64,000 nucleotides of DNA from the IMG/VR virus record IMGVR_UViG_3300021255_002784, positions 88,416 to 152,415 of that record. One strand, 5' to 3'. This DNA comes from a virus. Its lineage: Duplodnaviria > Heunggongvirae > Uroviricota > Caudoviricetes. The notes under the pieces are model-generated. The model did not search any database, was not told where the DNA came from, and saw only the letters and a program-made list of their open reading frames with translations. The position numbers and the translations under genes are program-made. This document shows positions 49,142-59,247 of the stretch, piece by piece; position 1 is the first letter of the stretch, and every line of letters starts with the position of its first letter.

Positions 49142-52100
49142 ATGACTAAAGATATTACACTGGAACAATCATTGCAGGCGTACCGTGTGATGTCCACACC
49201 GACCAAACTATCCTGGAAACAACATTGGGCCCAGGAGACATTTTCTGATGTGGATTATTTGAAGTGTGATCCGATGGAACGGAAGCAATTCAATAAGCGA
49301 TTACAAGAATGTCAAGTAACGATATGTTCAAACATCAAACAGACGCAAGGTATCTCGTGTACACTGGAGGATCTGGTGAACACTATCATTTCTCCCGATA
49401 ATAAGAATTGCGCAAAGATCAATCGTAAAGTAATATATTCTACGTCGAACGGAGAACGACCTATAGGTAAGAAAGCATTTGAACTCTGGAATGGTTTTCA
49501 AGTCATCGATATGGATATCAAAGATGAACAGTTAGCGCAGAAACTAAAGGTGCACATTTTCAACCACCTCAATAAGTGCAACTGGTTCTTAGGCTGCACC
49601 TTGTCTAGTTCGGGTAAGGGGCTTCACGTCTATACCAAGATCGCTATTGCTGATGCGGATCAAGAGGATGATAAGCGCAAGAAACTGTTGTTCTTGACGA
49701 ACTTCCGACATAAGTATTCATTTGTGTACATAGCTTGTTTGAGCGCTATGGAAGAACTTCACTTCGGTAAAGATGACCTGCTGAAATGGATGGACTTGGC
49801 TATGTTCAAACCTCAACAAGGTGCGTTCATTGGATATGACGAGCATCCATTGATCAACACACACTTCTTCGAAGACTTCATCTATGTGAACTTTGATAAC
49901 ATAGAGGACATCGGACATCCGGATATTGACTGGGTGACCTATCCCGACCTGAAAGAGATATTCAAACGCTGGGAGTGGTTCGAGGACAATGATGAGGAGG
50001 ACTTGAAGGTAGAGGTACTCGAAGCCAAAGACCTAGAGTTCGATACACATAACCGAGTTCATTACAAACATAATGAGCGTTGGCGTTTGGCAAATACACT
50101 GGTCAAGTTGTACGGTCTGGAGAAAGGATTCAAGTACCTTCGTTTGATATGTTCAAATGCCATATCAGATAAGGAGTTACAAGCAGACTGCATCACAGCA
50201 GCACGTCATGAGAAACCTGTGGATACTTGGGCGGTTAGTAGATTGAACTCCCAACACGGATTCAAGATCAAGTTGAACATCCAGGACGAAGCATTCGACG
50301 AGAGTGCGATTTTCAGTAGTGTAGACAAGATTGAGAACCCGACATTGATACGGGAGAGCAAGTACGTCAAGACCTTCCATATCACCAAGAACGAGTATCT
50401 GGGCGATATCAAATGGGAGTTACTTAATAATATAGGTCGAATCACATTGATCGAAGCTGGTGCTGGTGTGGGTAAGACAGAGATGATCAAGTCTCTGGTG
50501 CGAGACGGCAAGAAGGTGGTGATGGTCATGCCTTTCACCTCTACTATCAAGTCCAAGGTTGAAGGAGAGGCTGACTGGTACTATAGCTACGGCAACAAGA
50601 AACCGCGTTTAGATCTGACTCGAGGTGTTTCTATGACTATTGATAAGTTCTCACACATGAACCTGATGGATATCAAGGCTGCGGGGTTTGATTATATAAT
50701 CATAGATGAGTCCCATCTGATGTTCATGAGTGAATACAGACCAGTCATGCCGAAGATCATTGAGATGATTCGCAATACAGAAGTACCTATTATTCTTATG
50801 TCAGGAACCCCTAGTGGAGAAACTGTGTTCTTTCCGGATATCGTTCACTTGAGAGTTATCAAGGAGGATATCCGCAAAAAGGAGTTCATGGTGAATCTCG
50901 TTGAAAACAGTAACGATCTGATGTACCATATGTGCCGATCTATGGCCAATGATATTGCAGAAGGTAAACGTGTGTTGTTCCCGACGAATAAAGGTACGCT
51001 GTTCAGCGAGCAGATCAAAGCAGCTGTTCAGTACTTCCTTGAAAAGGAACACCTCATATTTGATGAAGTGCGATTGAAGTACTACAAGAAGTCCAATCTG
51101 GGCGAGCAGTTCATGGACGATGTCAATTTTGAGAAGACTATTAAAGACACACAGATTCTAATGTGTTCCAGTTATCTCTCTGTGGGTGTAGACATCTTGG
51201 ATAGGTTCAAGTTCAATATATACTTCGACGACCTCATGATGCCTCAGGAGGTAGAGCAGTTTGCTAACCGATTGAGATCGAACGACTTGTATATCAGGCT
51301 GTACATTGCCAAGAACGATGCGGACGGAAACTCACGTTCGATACACAAATTCAAACCTATGAACTTCAAATTGAATGATGAGGAGATCAAAGATGTTCAC
51401 TCTATATTACGTTTGTGCAATGCGATGATTGAACGTAATCCCGTTGAATATCGATATAACTCACTGGTGGCATCTATCATTCACGACAACACGTATATTG
51501 AGTACAATGATGTAGAAAACAAGTACTACCTGAACGAAATAGCATATAAAGTTGTATATTTCGAACGCAAGTATCGAGAATATGTACAGCAGCTTCCTGT
51601 ATTGATGAAGGGTATGATGGCATACGGGTACGAGATCAGTTCAAAAGACTTAGGTGGGTTTGCATTGGAAGATGGGGAGATCTTCGCGGACTTGAAGAAC
51701 ATGGTTAAGCTTGCATACGATGACCGTTTGCAACTCAATACGCGTCATGTAGAGGAGCTGATGGACATGATCACTGAAGATCGATTGACTATATATAGGG
51801 ATGTGCTTCAAGGTGTGTATGACATCAAGAAGGGTGAGGTCTGGAAGGAGGATCTCTTCAAACGTACGATGACAGTTAAGAATGTAGAGGTGTTTGAGAA
51901 AGTGGTACCAATCTTCGTCAGCATGTCTAAACAATACAACGTAGAGGACATCAAAGACATATTCGAGAGCTGTCGTAACAAGAACGGTTCGTTCAATTTC
52001 GCAGCAATCAAGCGTATCAAATTGTTAATCAATCTGGTATACAACAACAAGAAGGAACGGTTGGATATTCCGATCCGGGACTTTATGAATAAGGTATATG

Positions 52101-52450
52101 ATTTCTGTCAGTACGAGACCGTTAAGAAGTCAGAGATAACTAAGTTCTTACATGATTATGCGCAACAGTATGCTATGCGTGAATCGAAAGGTGATATCAA
52201 GATCTACCTGGCGCAGATCACTATGGAAAAAATCCAAAACACTTTTACCGACATATTCAAGTGTCTGGTGAAGATGTCTCGTCCGAACAAGCAAGGTATT
52301 TGTACGCTCGAAAAGGTTGAACTTCTTTGGAAGGAACGCGAAGAATATGAGAAAATCGACAACAACGAACACTCGTTCTTGTTAGCAGAGTTCCTTGAAA
52401 ATCAGCACGTTGACCATCATGAAGTCCATATGAATGACCAAGTGGGGTAA
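49142..52450 (+). CDS. Primase-polymerase (AEP/BT4734-like + PriCT-2) fused to SF2 helicase
   Basis: VIDMDIKD and SSSGKGLHVY (AEP motifs); HNERWRLANTL (PriCT-2-like); Walker A AGAGVGKT, IIDESH, MSGTP. Confidence 0.7.
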   Translation: MTKDITLEQSLQAYRVMSTPTKLSWKQHWAQETFSDVDYLKCDPMERKQFNKRLQECQVTICSNIKQTQGISCTLEDLVNTIISPDNKNCAKINRKVIYSTSNGERPIGKKAFELWNGFQVIDMDIKDEQLAQKLKVHIFNHLNKCNWFLGCTLSSSGKGLHVYTKIAIADADQEDDKRKKLLFLTNFRHKYSFVYIACLSAMEELHFGKDDLLKWMDLAMFKPQQGAFIGYDEHPLINTHFFEDFIYVNFDNIEDIGHPDIDWVTYPDLKEIFKRWEWFEDNDEEDLKVEVLEAKDLEFDTHNRVHYKHNERWRLANTLVKLYGLEKGFKYLRLICSNAISDKELQADCITAARHEKPVDTWAVSRLNSQHGFKIKLNIQDEAFDESAIFSSVDKIENPTLIRESKYVKTFHITKNEYLGDIKWELLNNIGRITLIEAGAGVGKTEMIKSLVRDGKKVVMVMPFTSTIKSKVEGEADWYYSYGNKKPRLDLTRGVSMTIDKFSHMNLMDIKAAGFDYIIIDESHLMFMSEYRPVMPKIIEMIRNTEVPIILMSGTPSGETVFFPDIVHLRVIKEDIRKKEFMVNLVENSNDLMYHMCRSMANDIAEGKRVLFPTNKGTLFSEQIKAAVQYFLEKEHLIFDEVRLKYYKKSNLGEQFMDDVNFEKTIKDTQILMCSSYLSVGVDILDRFKFNIYFDDLMMPQEVEQFANRLRSNDLYIRLYIAKNDADGNSRSIHKFKPMNFKLNDEEIKDVHSILRLCNAMIERNPVEYRYNSLVASIIHDNTYIEYNDVENKYYLNEIAYKVVYFERKYREYVQQLPVLMKGMMAYGYEISSKDLGGFALEDGEIFADLKNMVKLAYDDRLQLNTRHVEELMDMITEDRLTIYRDVLQGVYDIKKGEVWKEDLFKRTMTVKNVEVFEKVVPIFVSMSKQYNVEDIKDIFESCRNKNGSFNFAAIKRIKLLINLVYNNKKERLDIPIRDFMNKVYDFCQYETVKKSEITKFLHDYAQQYAMRESKGDIKIYLAQITMEKIQNTFTDIFKCLVKMSRPNKQGICTLEKVELLWKEREEYEKIDNNEHSFLLAEFLENQHVDHHEVHMNDQVG

Positions 52451-52501
52451 ATTTCTGAATATGTTTTGATATATTTACCCATAAAATATAGTATCACGTG
52501 A

Positions 52502-53806
52502 ATGACATCATTAGATTCATTTGAAAAGAAACTGGATAAGTTCCGTAGTAACAATCCCGAATTGATAGAGGCGTACGAAAGCAAACAGGGCGATTCTTTC
52601 GATGATTATACACATGACTTATACCAGATGTATGTTAAACTCACCAAGTTAAGACCTACCGCAAATCCTATAGCAGCGATTCAATCAGCGCTTTGCGAAG
52701 CTATCCGTAACAATACTAATGTATTGGATGCTTTCGATGCTATTATAGCTCGTGCTATGATAAGTGAGGATGATCATAGCACACTTCAACAGTACTTCAA
52801 AGAACTTGGGCGAGTATATGATAAACACAATAACAATTACGATATAGTGTACTGTCCTGAAAATCGAGACAAGCTCATCGAGATGAACTTGAAGACGGTT
52901 ATCAGTATTGCAAAAGGTTACCAAGGCTTAGGACTCACATTAGAGGAGCTCATTAGCGCTGGTAACCTTGGTTTGGTTACCTCCTTTGATAAATACGATC
53001 CGGACCGTGCCAAGCTGAAAGACAACATGCTTGCTAGTCTGGAAGACCTTCCGGATAATGCAGACCAGGTTGCTATATTGGGGCGGGTATACGAATACAT
53101 GAAGTATGGCGATATCAAGAAAAAGTTCATCAAGGCATTCGGTATCACTGAGAAGTCCAAAGTTGAAAAAACAGAAGAGTCCGAAGAGGATGAACTGGAG
53201 GAAATGATGGGTAAGTCTAAATCGAAATCCGAACCTAAGTTGATTGGTTGGAAAGAGTTTACCAAGAATGACGTATCCGGGTGGATTAAGAAGACTGTAC
53301 AAAACGCTACGTTCAACTCAGTGGCGTTCATGTGGATTCGTGCTTTTATACTAATCGAGATTGATACCAACTCTCGATTGGTCAAGAAACCTAAGTCGGA
53401 GATATATAACGACAAACTCAAGTACGGCTCGTACAAGAAAGAGGTGACCTTGGATATCGGTGCACCAGTCAATGATGACGGAAACACTTGCTTCGGAGAC
53501 ATCCTTCAGATTGAGGACGACACCCCTTCGACAATGGAAGTGAGCGAATCGTACGATATATTTAAGGATGGTCTCAATAAGCTACTGGATGGGGTCAAAC
53601 CACGTGATCGTAGTGTATTCCTTAAAAAGTTCGGTATCGGACTACCGCGCCCCATGCTCCCAAAAGAGATCGCGGAACAAGAGAACCTTTCTATTGCACG
53701 TATATCTCAGATATTCCAATCGGTTATAGAGCAGATGCAATACAATGCATCAAAGTATAATATCAACCCTGACGTACTGTTTGAAGCGGCGCGTAGTCTG
53801 GATTAA
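52502..53806 (+). CDS. RNA polymerase sigma-70 family factor
   Basis: LIEMNLKTVISIAKGYQGLGLTLEELISAGNLGL (2.1-2.2), FNSVAFMWIR (2.3), region 4 RDRSVFLKKFGIG...EIAEQENLSIARISQI. Confidence 0.88.
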   Translation: MTSLDSFEKKLDKFRSNNPELIEAYESKQGDSFDDYTHDLYQMYVKLTKLRPTANPIAAIQSALCEAIRNNTNVLDAFDAIIARAMISEDDHSTLQQYFKELGRVYDKHNNNYDIVYCPENRDKLIEMNLKTVISIAKGYQGLGLTLEELISAGNLGLVTSFDKYDPDRAKLKDNMLASLEDLPDNADQVAILGRVYEYMKYGDIKKKFIKAFGITEKSKVEKTEESEEDELEEMMGKSKSKSEPKLIGWKEFTKNDVSGWIKKTVQNATFNSVAFMWIRAFILIEIDTNSRLVKKPKSEIYNDKLKYGSYKKEVTLDIGAPVNDDGNTCFGDILQIEDDTPSTMEVSESYDIFKDGLNKLLDGVKPRDRSVFLKKFGIGLPRPMLPKEIAEQENLSIARISQIFQSVIEQMQYNASKYNINPDVLFEAARSLD

Positions 53807-53855
53807 AAAACTTTAGGTTTTCACTGATGAAGTCTTGAAAAATTTATTTTTTTTT

Positions 53856-53890
53856 CGCTAAAATATTTCAGCTTTTTTAGATATATATAC
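53856..53890 (+). promoter_or_regulatory. Putative phage promoter CGCTAAA-N18-ATATATATAC
   Basis: Same spacing and downstream box as 8435 and 10730. Confidence 0.55.
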
Positions 53891-53907
53891 ATAAAACAAA
53901 AAAGCGT

Positions 53908-54084
53908 ATGACTCTTTGGATATCTCTTACAGTAATTTTTATGACAATAATGGTAATAAGTTGGATTCTCAGCAAGATTTATAACGAATCTATAGATGAT
54001 GACTCTACCTTGTCTGGTATGGGATTTTCTGTAGGTGCAGCTGGTATGATTTTCTTTGGAATGATAACAATTCTTTGTATATAA
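53908..54084 (+). CDS. Small two-TM membrane protein
   Basis: My translation begins MTLWISLTVIFMTIMVISW; follows the promoter motif. Confidence 0.5.
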   Translation: MTLWISLTVIFMTIMVISWILSKIYNESIDDDSTLSGMGFSVGAAGMIFFGMITILCI

Positions 54085-54087
54085 TAT

Positions 54088-54276
54088 ATGTCGCCCCTTT
54101 CAATTCTCGGTCTGTGCATGATGGCAATATCGTTTGTCGCACAGGTCAACATCAACGCAAAACAAAAAAGTATGAATCCTAAACCACTGACTGATGAGGA
54201 ACACAAGTATCTGATCGCACAATGGGCGTTCTGTTTCGGCCTGGGTGTTTTAGCATTCGTGGTAGGACTGCTATGA
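54088..54276 (+). CDS. Small two-TM membrane protein
   Basis: Two hydrophobic segments. Confidence 0.5.
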   Translation: MSPLSILGLCMMAISFVAQVNINAKQKSMNPKPLTDEEHKYLIAQWAFCFGLGVLAFVVGLL

Positions 54277-54569
54277 ACGAACCAAAACCAATAGAACAAC
54301 AGGGCAAAGAGTTTGCGGATTCACTACTGGAAGTAGTAGAGACGTCTGGCATTCAGTCTGAATTAGATGATCCGAAAGAAGCATTCATGAGTGGATGCTA
54401 CTTTGGTGCTACTCAAGGATACAAGAGAGGAGTCAACTTCATGCTGGTGGAAGCTATCAATCATCTACCAGACATATATAATATGATAGTTGAATCTGGA
54501 CACGATATGTCTATCAACTGGATAGAAGAATACAAAAAACTACTAATCAAAAACATATTTGGAGCATGA
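54273..54569 (+). CDS. Hypothetical protein
   Basis: ATGA-coupled ORF. Confidence 0.5.
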   Translation: MNEPKPIEQQGKEFADSLLEVVETSGIQSELDDPKEAFMSGCYFGATQGYKRGVNFMLVEAINHLPDIYNMIVESGHDMSINWIEEYKKLLIKNIFGA

Positions 54570-55363
54570 AATACATTGGAATACGAGGGCACCGAGGTGC
54601 TGGTAAGAGCACTGTGGCTTATCTATTAAGTAATACTATTCAGTATTTGTTGGATCACGGAGATGAACACCCCATCGAGCAATTCACAAAAGAGTTCAAT
54701 AACTGGTGCGAAGAGTTCCGCAACGACGAAACTTGCATCTCCAGAACTGAATTGGATCGAGTCATCATTGAGGGATTCGGGGACACACCCCGTATGTTGT
54801 TGAGCATGTTGACTGGTATTCCATATAGCGACATGTGGAATGATTACAAGAAAGATCATCTGGTCATCAACCTCAAGAATTTCGAAATAAAAGAAGTAGA
54901 CGACACCTCATCCATCCCGGATAATTTATGGGAGGCTCGTGAGTACTTCATCACCACTACAGCTTCTACAGACCCGGAAGTGCTGAAGGACGACGTCTAT
55001 ATGACGCTCCGAGAACTGATTCTGTATTTTGGTATCTACGTTATGCAGAACGCATTCGGATTGAACGTTTGGGTTAAGTCTTTGATAGCCAACAACCAGT
55101 TCTTCGCAGGTCTCTTTCCGGATGATAAGAACGGTTACAAGATCTTTCAAGACATCAAAGCACGTTCAGAAATATCTTATATCAAAGACAAAGACGGAGT
55201 TATTATCAAAGTATCCAGACCTGGTCATAAAAAGACAGGAGGTATGGACCTGCTCAAAGGTGATTCCCGGTATGATTATGAAGTGATCATTGATGGAACT
55301 ATGGAAGACCTCAGAGATCAGATATTATCGATCGCAAAAAATATCATTCATGAAAAAGATTGA
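54566..55363 (+). CDS. Deoxynucleoside monophosphate kinase (T4 gp1/T5 dNK-like)
   Basis: IGIRGHRGAGKST, GFGD..R, TLRELILYFG...NVWVKSL, DIKARSE, IIKVSRP. Confidence 0.8.
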   Translation: MKYIGIRGHRGAGKSTVAYLLSNTIQYLLDHGDEHPIEQFTKEFNNWCEEFRNDETCISRTELDRVIIEGFGDTPRMLLSMLTGIPYSDMWNDYKKDHLVINLKNFEIKEVDDTSSIPDNLWEAREYFITTTASTDPEVLKDDVYMTLRELILYFGIYVMQNAFGLNVWVKSLIANNQFFAGLFPDDKNGYKIFQDIKARSEISYIKDKDGVIIKVSRPGHKKTGGMDLLKGDSRYDYEVIIDGTMEDLRDQILSIAKNIIHEKD

Positions 55364-55559
55364 GATTAAAGGCTGGCCGGCCATCATAGTATTTGGAATA
55401 GTCGCTTGGCCGTTCTGGTTAGTATACGGCGCATCGCTTTGTATTACCTGGTTGATTATATGGGTGCTATACTACAGCATACTCAAACCTATCGAAAAAC
55501 TATATACATACATAAAAAGAAAATGTCATGAAAGCTTATCGAATCGTAGTCGAAATTAA
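55350..55559 (+). CDS. Small membrane protein
   Basis: Hydrophobic core. Confidence 0.45.
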   Translation: MKKIEIKGWPAIIVFGIVAWPFWLVYGASLCITWLIIWVLYYSILKPIEKLYTYIKRKCHESLSNRSRN

Positions 55560-55797
55560 AGATCCTATCCATTCACCGATCAAGTACATCAGTCCGAGAG
55601 TGTTCCTATTCCCTCCGTTCAAGTGCGCGTACAAATATGAACAAGAGTTCGTTGCTCAATGTCGGGTTCTTTTCAACACAGAAGAACATGTGCATCCAGA
55701 CAGTCAAGAACTCAATGTTAGTTACAAGGAGTATGAAATCCATCCTCTGCACGACTTGATCAATCGCGTGATCTGTGCAGTCAAATACTTTATGTGA
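55528..55797 (+). CDS. Hypothetical protein
   Basis: Coupled ORF. Confidence 0.45.
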   Translation: MKAYRIVVEIKDPIHSPIKYISPRVFLFPPFKCAYKYEQEFVAQCRVLFNTEEHVHPDSQELNVSYKEYEIHPLHDLINRVICAVKYFM

Positions 55798-56116
55798 TAA
55801 ACCAATCTTTTTATTATTGAAAATAAACTACAGTATATGGCATTATTAGACGTTATCGACAATATAAAGAAACATCTCAGTCATACCCACAAGTCACAAG
55901 ACAATCCAGAAAAATGGAATCTCCATAATATTTCGAACAGTGGTTCCTGGGTGGGAGAGACTGTGGAAAAAGATTGATCATTAGTTCTTAAAGAGGAAAG
56001 CATCCTGCAAATAATCTCTATCATATATTTCAAAAGACTCAATGGTAAAACGTTGGGTCTTTTTTTATATATTTATACGTGTAAAACAATGAATTAAAAA
56101 TATTACATCCAGGTAT

Positions 56117-56401
56117 ATGTTACTAAAAGACAAACTTATCATGGTCTTCTACATAGGCGTGGGAGGTTATAACAGAGCACAGGCAATTGAGATATTTAAC
56201 ACTGCTCGCAATTATTTTGAATCATTACGTGATGAGAGTGTTGCGTTTATTTTCGCACCAGATTTTGAAACTCGTTCCTGTAGAGTAGAGGCTATCAATC
56301 CCAAACGTATTTCAGATGAAGAATACGAAAAGGTGTCGGAGATCGTTAAGGACTACGATAATCGCTTAAAAAAATTCGACGAACGCCGAATACGTTTATG
56401 A
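56117..56401 (+). CDS. Hypothetical protein
   Basis: ATGA-coupled to uvsW. Confidence 0.55.
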   Translation: MLLKDKLIMVFYIGVGGYNRAQAIEIFNTARNYFESLRDESVAFIFAPDFETRSCRVEAINPKRISDEEYEKVSEIVKDYDNRLKKFDERRIRL

Positions 56402-58137
56402 TCAACGCACTATATAATCCGAGCGACTTGCGCTACATATTCTTTACTGGTGATATGACCGAGTTGGCATCTTGCCGAGGAAAAGATAAAAAATATCGAC
56501 GTCCAAATCTGGAGGACTATCTTAATCAGATTCCGTCATACATGTTCTTACCTTCATTCCGCGGAATACCCAAACCAGAAGTATTCCTCCATAAGTTCAA
56601 GAATGCAAAAGGACAGACAGTGTACTACTGTCATAGTGGTTTATGGAAGACTGTATTTGATTGGTGTGAGAAAAAGAACATCGTTGTAGAAATACAGAAT
56701 CTCGATCAATTCAAGTACACCGATTTTGATATGACTCTGGAAGAGTTCACTGAGTACGTCAATGGTTGGGAGATCACACTCAATCCTTATCCTTATCAAT
56801 TGAAAGCTGCGTGGTTGATACTTCATTACAAACAGTCCCTGAGTCAATTGGCTACACGTGCCGGTAAGACACTCATTGCGTACATCGTATTTCGATACAT
56901 GATTGAACACGGTGCAAACAAGATACTTATGGTGGTGCCCAACACCACTCTTATTAAGCAAGCGGTCAAGGACTTCGATGATTATAAAGAATATTTTATG
57001 TCCGAGACAGTATGGGCAGATGGAGAGACTGTCGAAGGAAGTAACCTGACGATAGGCACGTTCCAGTCCTTAGTCAAGAGAGCGGATAAACGTTCAACCA
57101 AGTACGACCCACACTTTTTCGATCCATACGATGTAGTGCTGGTGGACGAGGCTCACACACTCAAATGCGATTCTATCAATACGATTCTCAATCAACCATT
57201 TATCAAGAACTTAAAATTGAAATTTGGTTTCTCTGGATCCTTGCCTGATGAGAACACCATCGAGTCGTTCTGCTGTCATGCCCTAATGGGTCCTACTATA
57301 CAAGATATACGTAGCAAGGAACTGATGGATGGTGGTTTTATCACACCTATCGACATTACACAAATACGTATCAAACATGAGATGACTGAAGAGCTCAGAC
57401 AGACATACATTCGTTGCGCGGAATATCTGAATGGTAACCCTATTCAGGAGATGTATATCAACAAAAATGGCAAGTTAGAAAAACGAAATAAACTTTTACC
57501 TGTTGATCAACGCGAGTTCACCATCCAGGAGGAGCGTCAATTGCCATTAGTGCTCCGAGAGATGCAGAATGGTGACCAAGATGAGTACTTCGATTACCTG
57601 ATCGATCTCTGTAAGGCACGAGGCAGCAATATACTCATGTTGGAACAGATGTTGGTGCACCGAGACAAAAAACGCCTGGACGTGATTGAGGAGTTGTTAA
57701 ATAAGATGAGCAAGAACTGTATTGTGTTTGCCCATCATACAGAATATTTGAAATTCTTACAAAAGTATTTCACAGAGAAGTTCCCGGATCGCCCTATATA
57801 TCTCATCACTGGCAACACTGCAGAAAAAGCACGCGAAAAAATCATCCAGGCTCTGCTCACGGATATGGGTGCCATTCTCTTTGCATCGTACGGTTGTGTG
57901 GGTACCGGTCTGACACTCAAGAACATCGATTACGGTATCTTCGCACAGTCCTTCAAGTCCCATATCATCAACAAACAAGCACTCGGACGTGGTCTGTGTC
58001 TGGCTAACGATAAAGAAAAGTACTACCTGTTTGATCTAGTGGACGAATATCCCACAGAACGACTAAAAGTACAAGGTGTCGAGAAGATGAAACTATATAA
58101 GTCCGAGAAGTTCGATACCAGGATAATCAATAGGTGA
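56398..58137 (+). CDS. uvsW: SF2 DNA helicase, T4 UvsW-like
   Basis: PYPYQ, LATRAGKT, VDEAH, GFSGS, GTGLTLKNI, QALGRGL. Confidence 0.88.
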   Translation: MINALYNPSDLRYIFFTGDMTELASCRGKDKKYRRPNLEDYLNQIPSYMFLPSFRGIPKPEVFLHKFKNAKGQTVYYCHSGLWKTVFDWCEKKNIVVEIQNLDQFKYTDFDMTLEEFTEYVNGWEITLNPYPYQLKAAWLILHYKQSLSQLATRAGKTLIAYIVFRYMIEHGANKILMVVPNTTLIKQAVKDFDDYKEYFMSETVWADGETVEGSNLTIGTFQSLVKRADKRSTKYDPHFFDPYDVVLVDEAHTLKCDSINTILNQPFIKNLKLKFGFSGSLPDENTIESFCCHALMGPTIQDIRSKELMDGGFITPIDITQIRIKHEMTEELRQTYIRCAEYLNGNPIQEMYINKNGKLEKRNKLLPVDQREFTIQEERQLPLVLREMQNGDQDEYFDYLIDLCKARGSNILMLEQMLVHRDKKRLDVIEELLNKMSKNCIVFAHHTEYLKFLQKYFTEKFPDRPIYLITGNTAEKAREKIIQALLTDMGAILFASYGCVGTGLTLKNIDYGIFAQSFKSHIINKQALGRGLCLANDKEKYYLFDLVDEYPTERLKVQGVEKMKLYKSEKFDTRIINR

Positions 58138-58152
58138 TTATTATATATCCAT

Positions 58153-58704
58153 ATGAAAAGTCTGTACAACATAGTTGAGTCATTGGATGAGTTGTATCAT
58201 TATACCAACGTAGACAACGCCATAGACATGGTGGCTGGCGATGAGTTCTTGGCTAGTGAAAATGATGGATATGGTCGAAAAGATTACCGTTGGTACATGT
58301 CCACTACCAGGCAACGAAACGCTCTTACTGGTTACCCTACCGGGATGATAAACAACCATATTGTGCGATTTGTACTGGACGGACGAGCACTGGGTGCGAA
58401 ATTCAAAATCGAACCTGTTGATTGGGGACACGCCAAACGCACGGCTATCAAAAACAATTGGCCGAACCCAGATCAGTTCGATAAAAATTATGATTCGATA
58501 CGACTGCAGACCAATGTCGAAAACGAAGACAGAGTATATCTGAAATCTGAGGTCTTGAAGGATCTACATAGATATATAAAAGAGATACACCTGGATGATC
58601 GAACCACCACATCATCCGAACAACACCTGTTCAAAACATATTGTGATGCCTACGGTATAGTGCTACGGATAATGAGTGGTAAAGAATTTACATTGGGTCG
58701 TTAA
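58153..58704 (+). CDS. Hypothetical protein, possible ADP-ribosyltransferase-like fold
   Basis: LYHYT...YMSTTR...ENEDRV; CTS-like start MKSLYNIVES. Confidence 0.4.
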   Translation: MKSLYNIVESLDELYHYTNVDNAIDMVAGDEFLASENDGYGRKDYRWYMSTTRQRNALTGYPTGMINNHIVRFVLDGRALGAKFKIEPVDWGHAKRTAIKNNWPNPDQFDKNYDSIRLQTNVENEDRVYLKSEVLKDLHRYIKEIHLDDRTTTSSEQHLFKTYCDAYGIVLRIMSGKEFTLGR

Positions 58705-58707
58705 AAG

Positions 58708-58753
58708 AAAAATCGCATTAGAGCTCGTTTATTTGCGTTCTAATGCGATTTTT
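58708..58753. terminator. 15-bp perfect hairpin at convergent junction
   Basis: AAAAATCGCATTAGA...TCTAATGCGATTTTT. Confidence 0.75.
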
Positions 58754-58800
58754 CATTGGACTTGATAAATTATATATCCTAAAAAAGATCTCTTGTTAAA

Positions 58801-59247
58801 TCAAGATTTTTTATTATACCAGATAGTTATTTCCAAAGTATCTTCCGGGTCGCCAGTAGGCTTGGTTATCTTGTATGTTGTAAATTTACTGCTCCATTTG
58901 TTCTCATTTTTATCGTCCAAAGAGATGACGAATCGAGCTTTGAGGAATCCTCGGAGTAACACCAGAATGTTTTGTTCGAATCCAATGTACGGAACATTAA
59001 GGATGATAGTCGGTAGTTCGCTTATGTCGATGTCATTAAGAGAGAATCTTTTTTCTGGTTTGAGACCATTTTTCTTACAATAGTTTTTGATATCGTTCCA
59101 CTTAAAGTATCTCGCAAGTTGCACTTCAGTATAAGCATCGTTACCCATAGTTATACTCGAAATATCATAAACGTCCTTCAGACGTTTCATGGACTGGTTT
59201 GTTATGGTCTCTTCATCATCTAATATGGATTCGTACAACGATTTCAT
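58801..59247 (-). CDS. Hypothetical protein (MKSLYESILDDEE family)
   Basis: TAATG-coupled; shared N-terminal motif. Confidence 0.6.
   Translation of the reverse strand: MKSLYESILDDEETITNQSMKRLKDVYDISSITMGNDAYTEVQLARYFKWNDIKNYCKKNGLKPEKRFSLNDIDISELPTIILNVPYIGFEQNILVLLRGFLKARFVISLDDKNENKWSSKFTTYKITKPTGDPEDTLEITIWYNKKS

Noticed and set aside
58781-58811. Fifth copy of the AGATCT hairpin family
   Set aside because: Only one AGATCT arm and a short imperfect stem; too degenerate to count.
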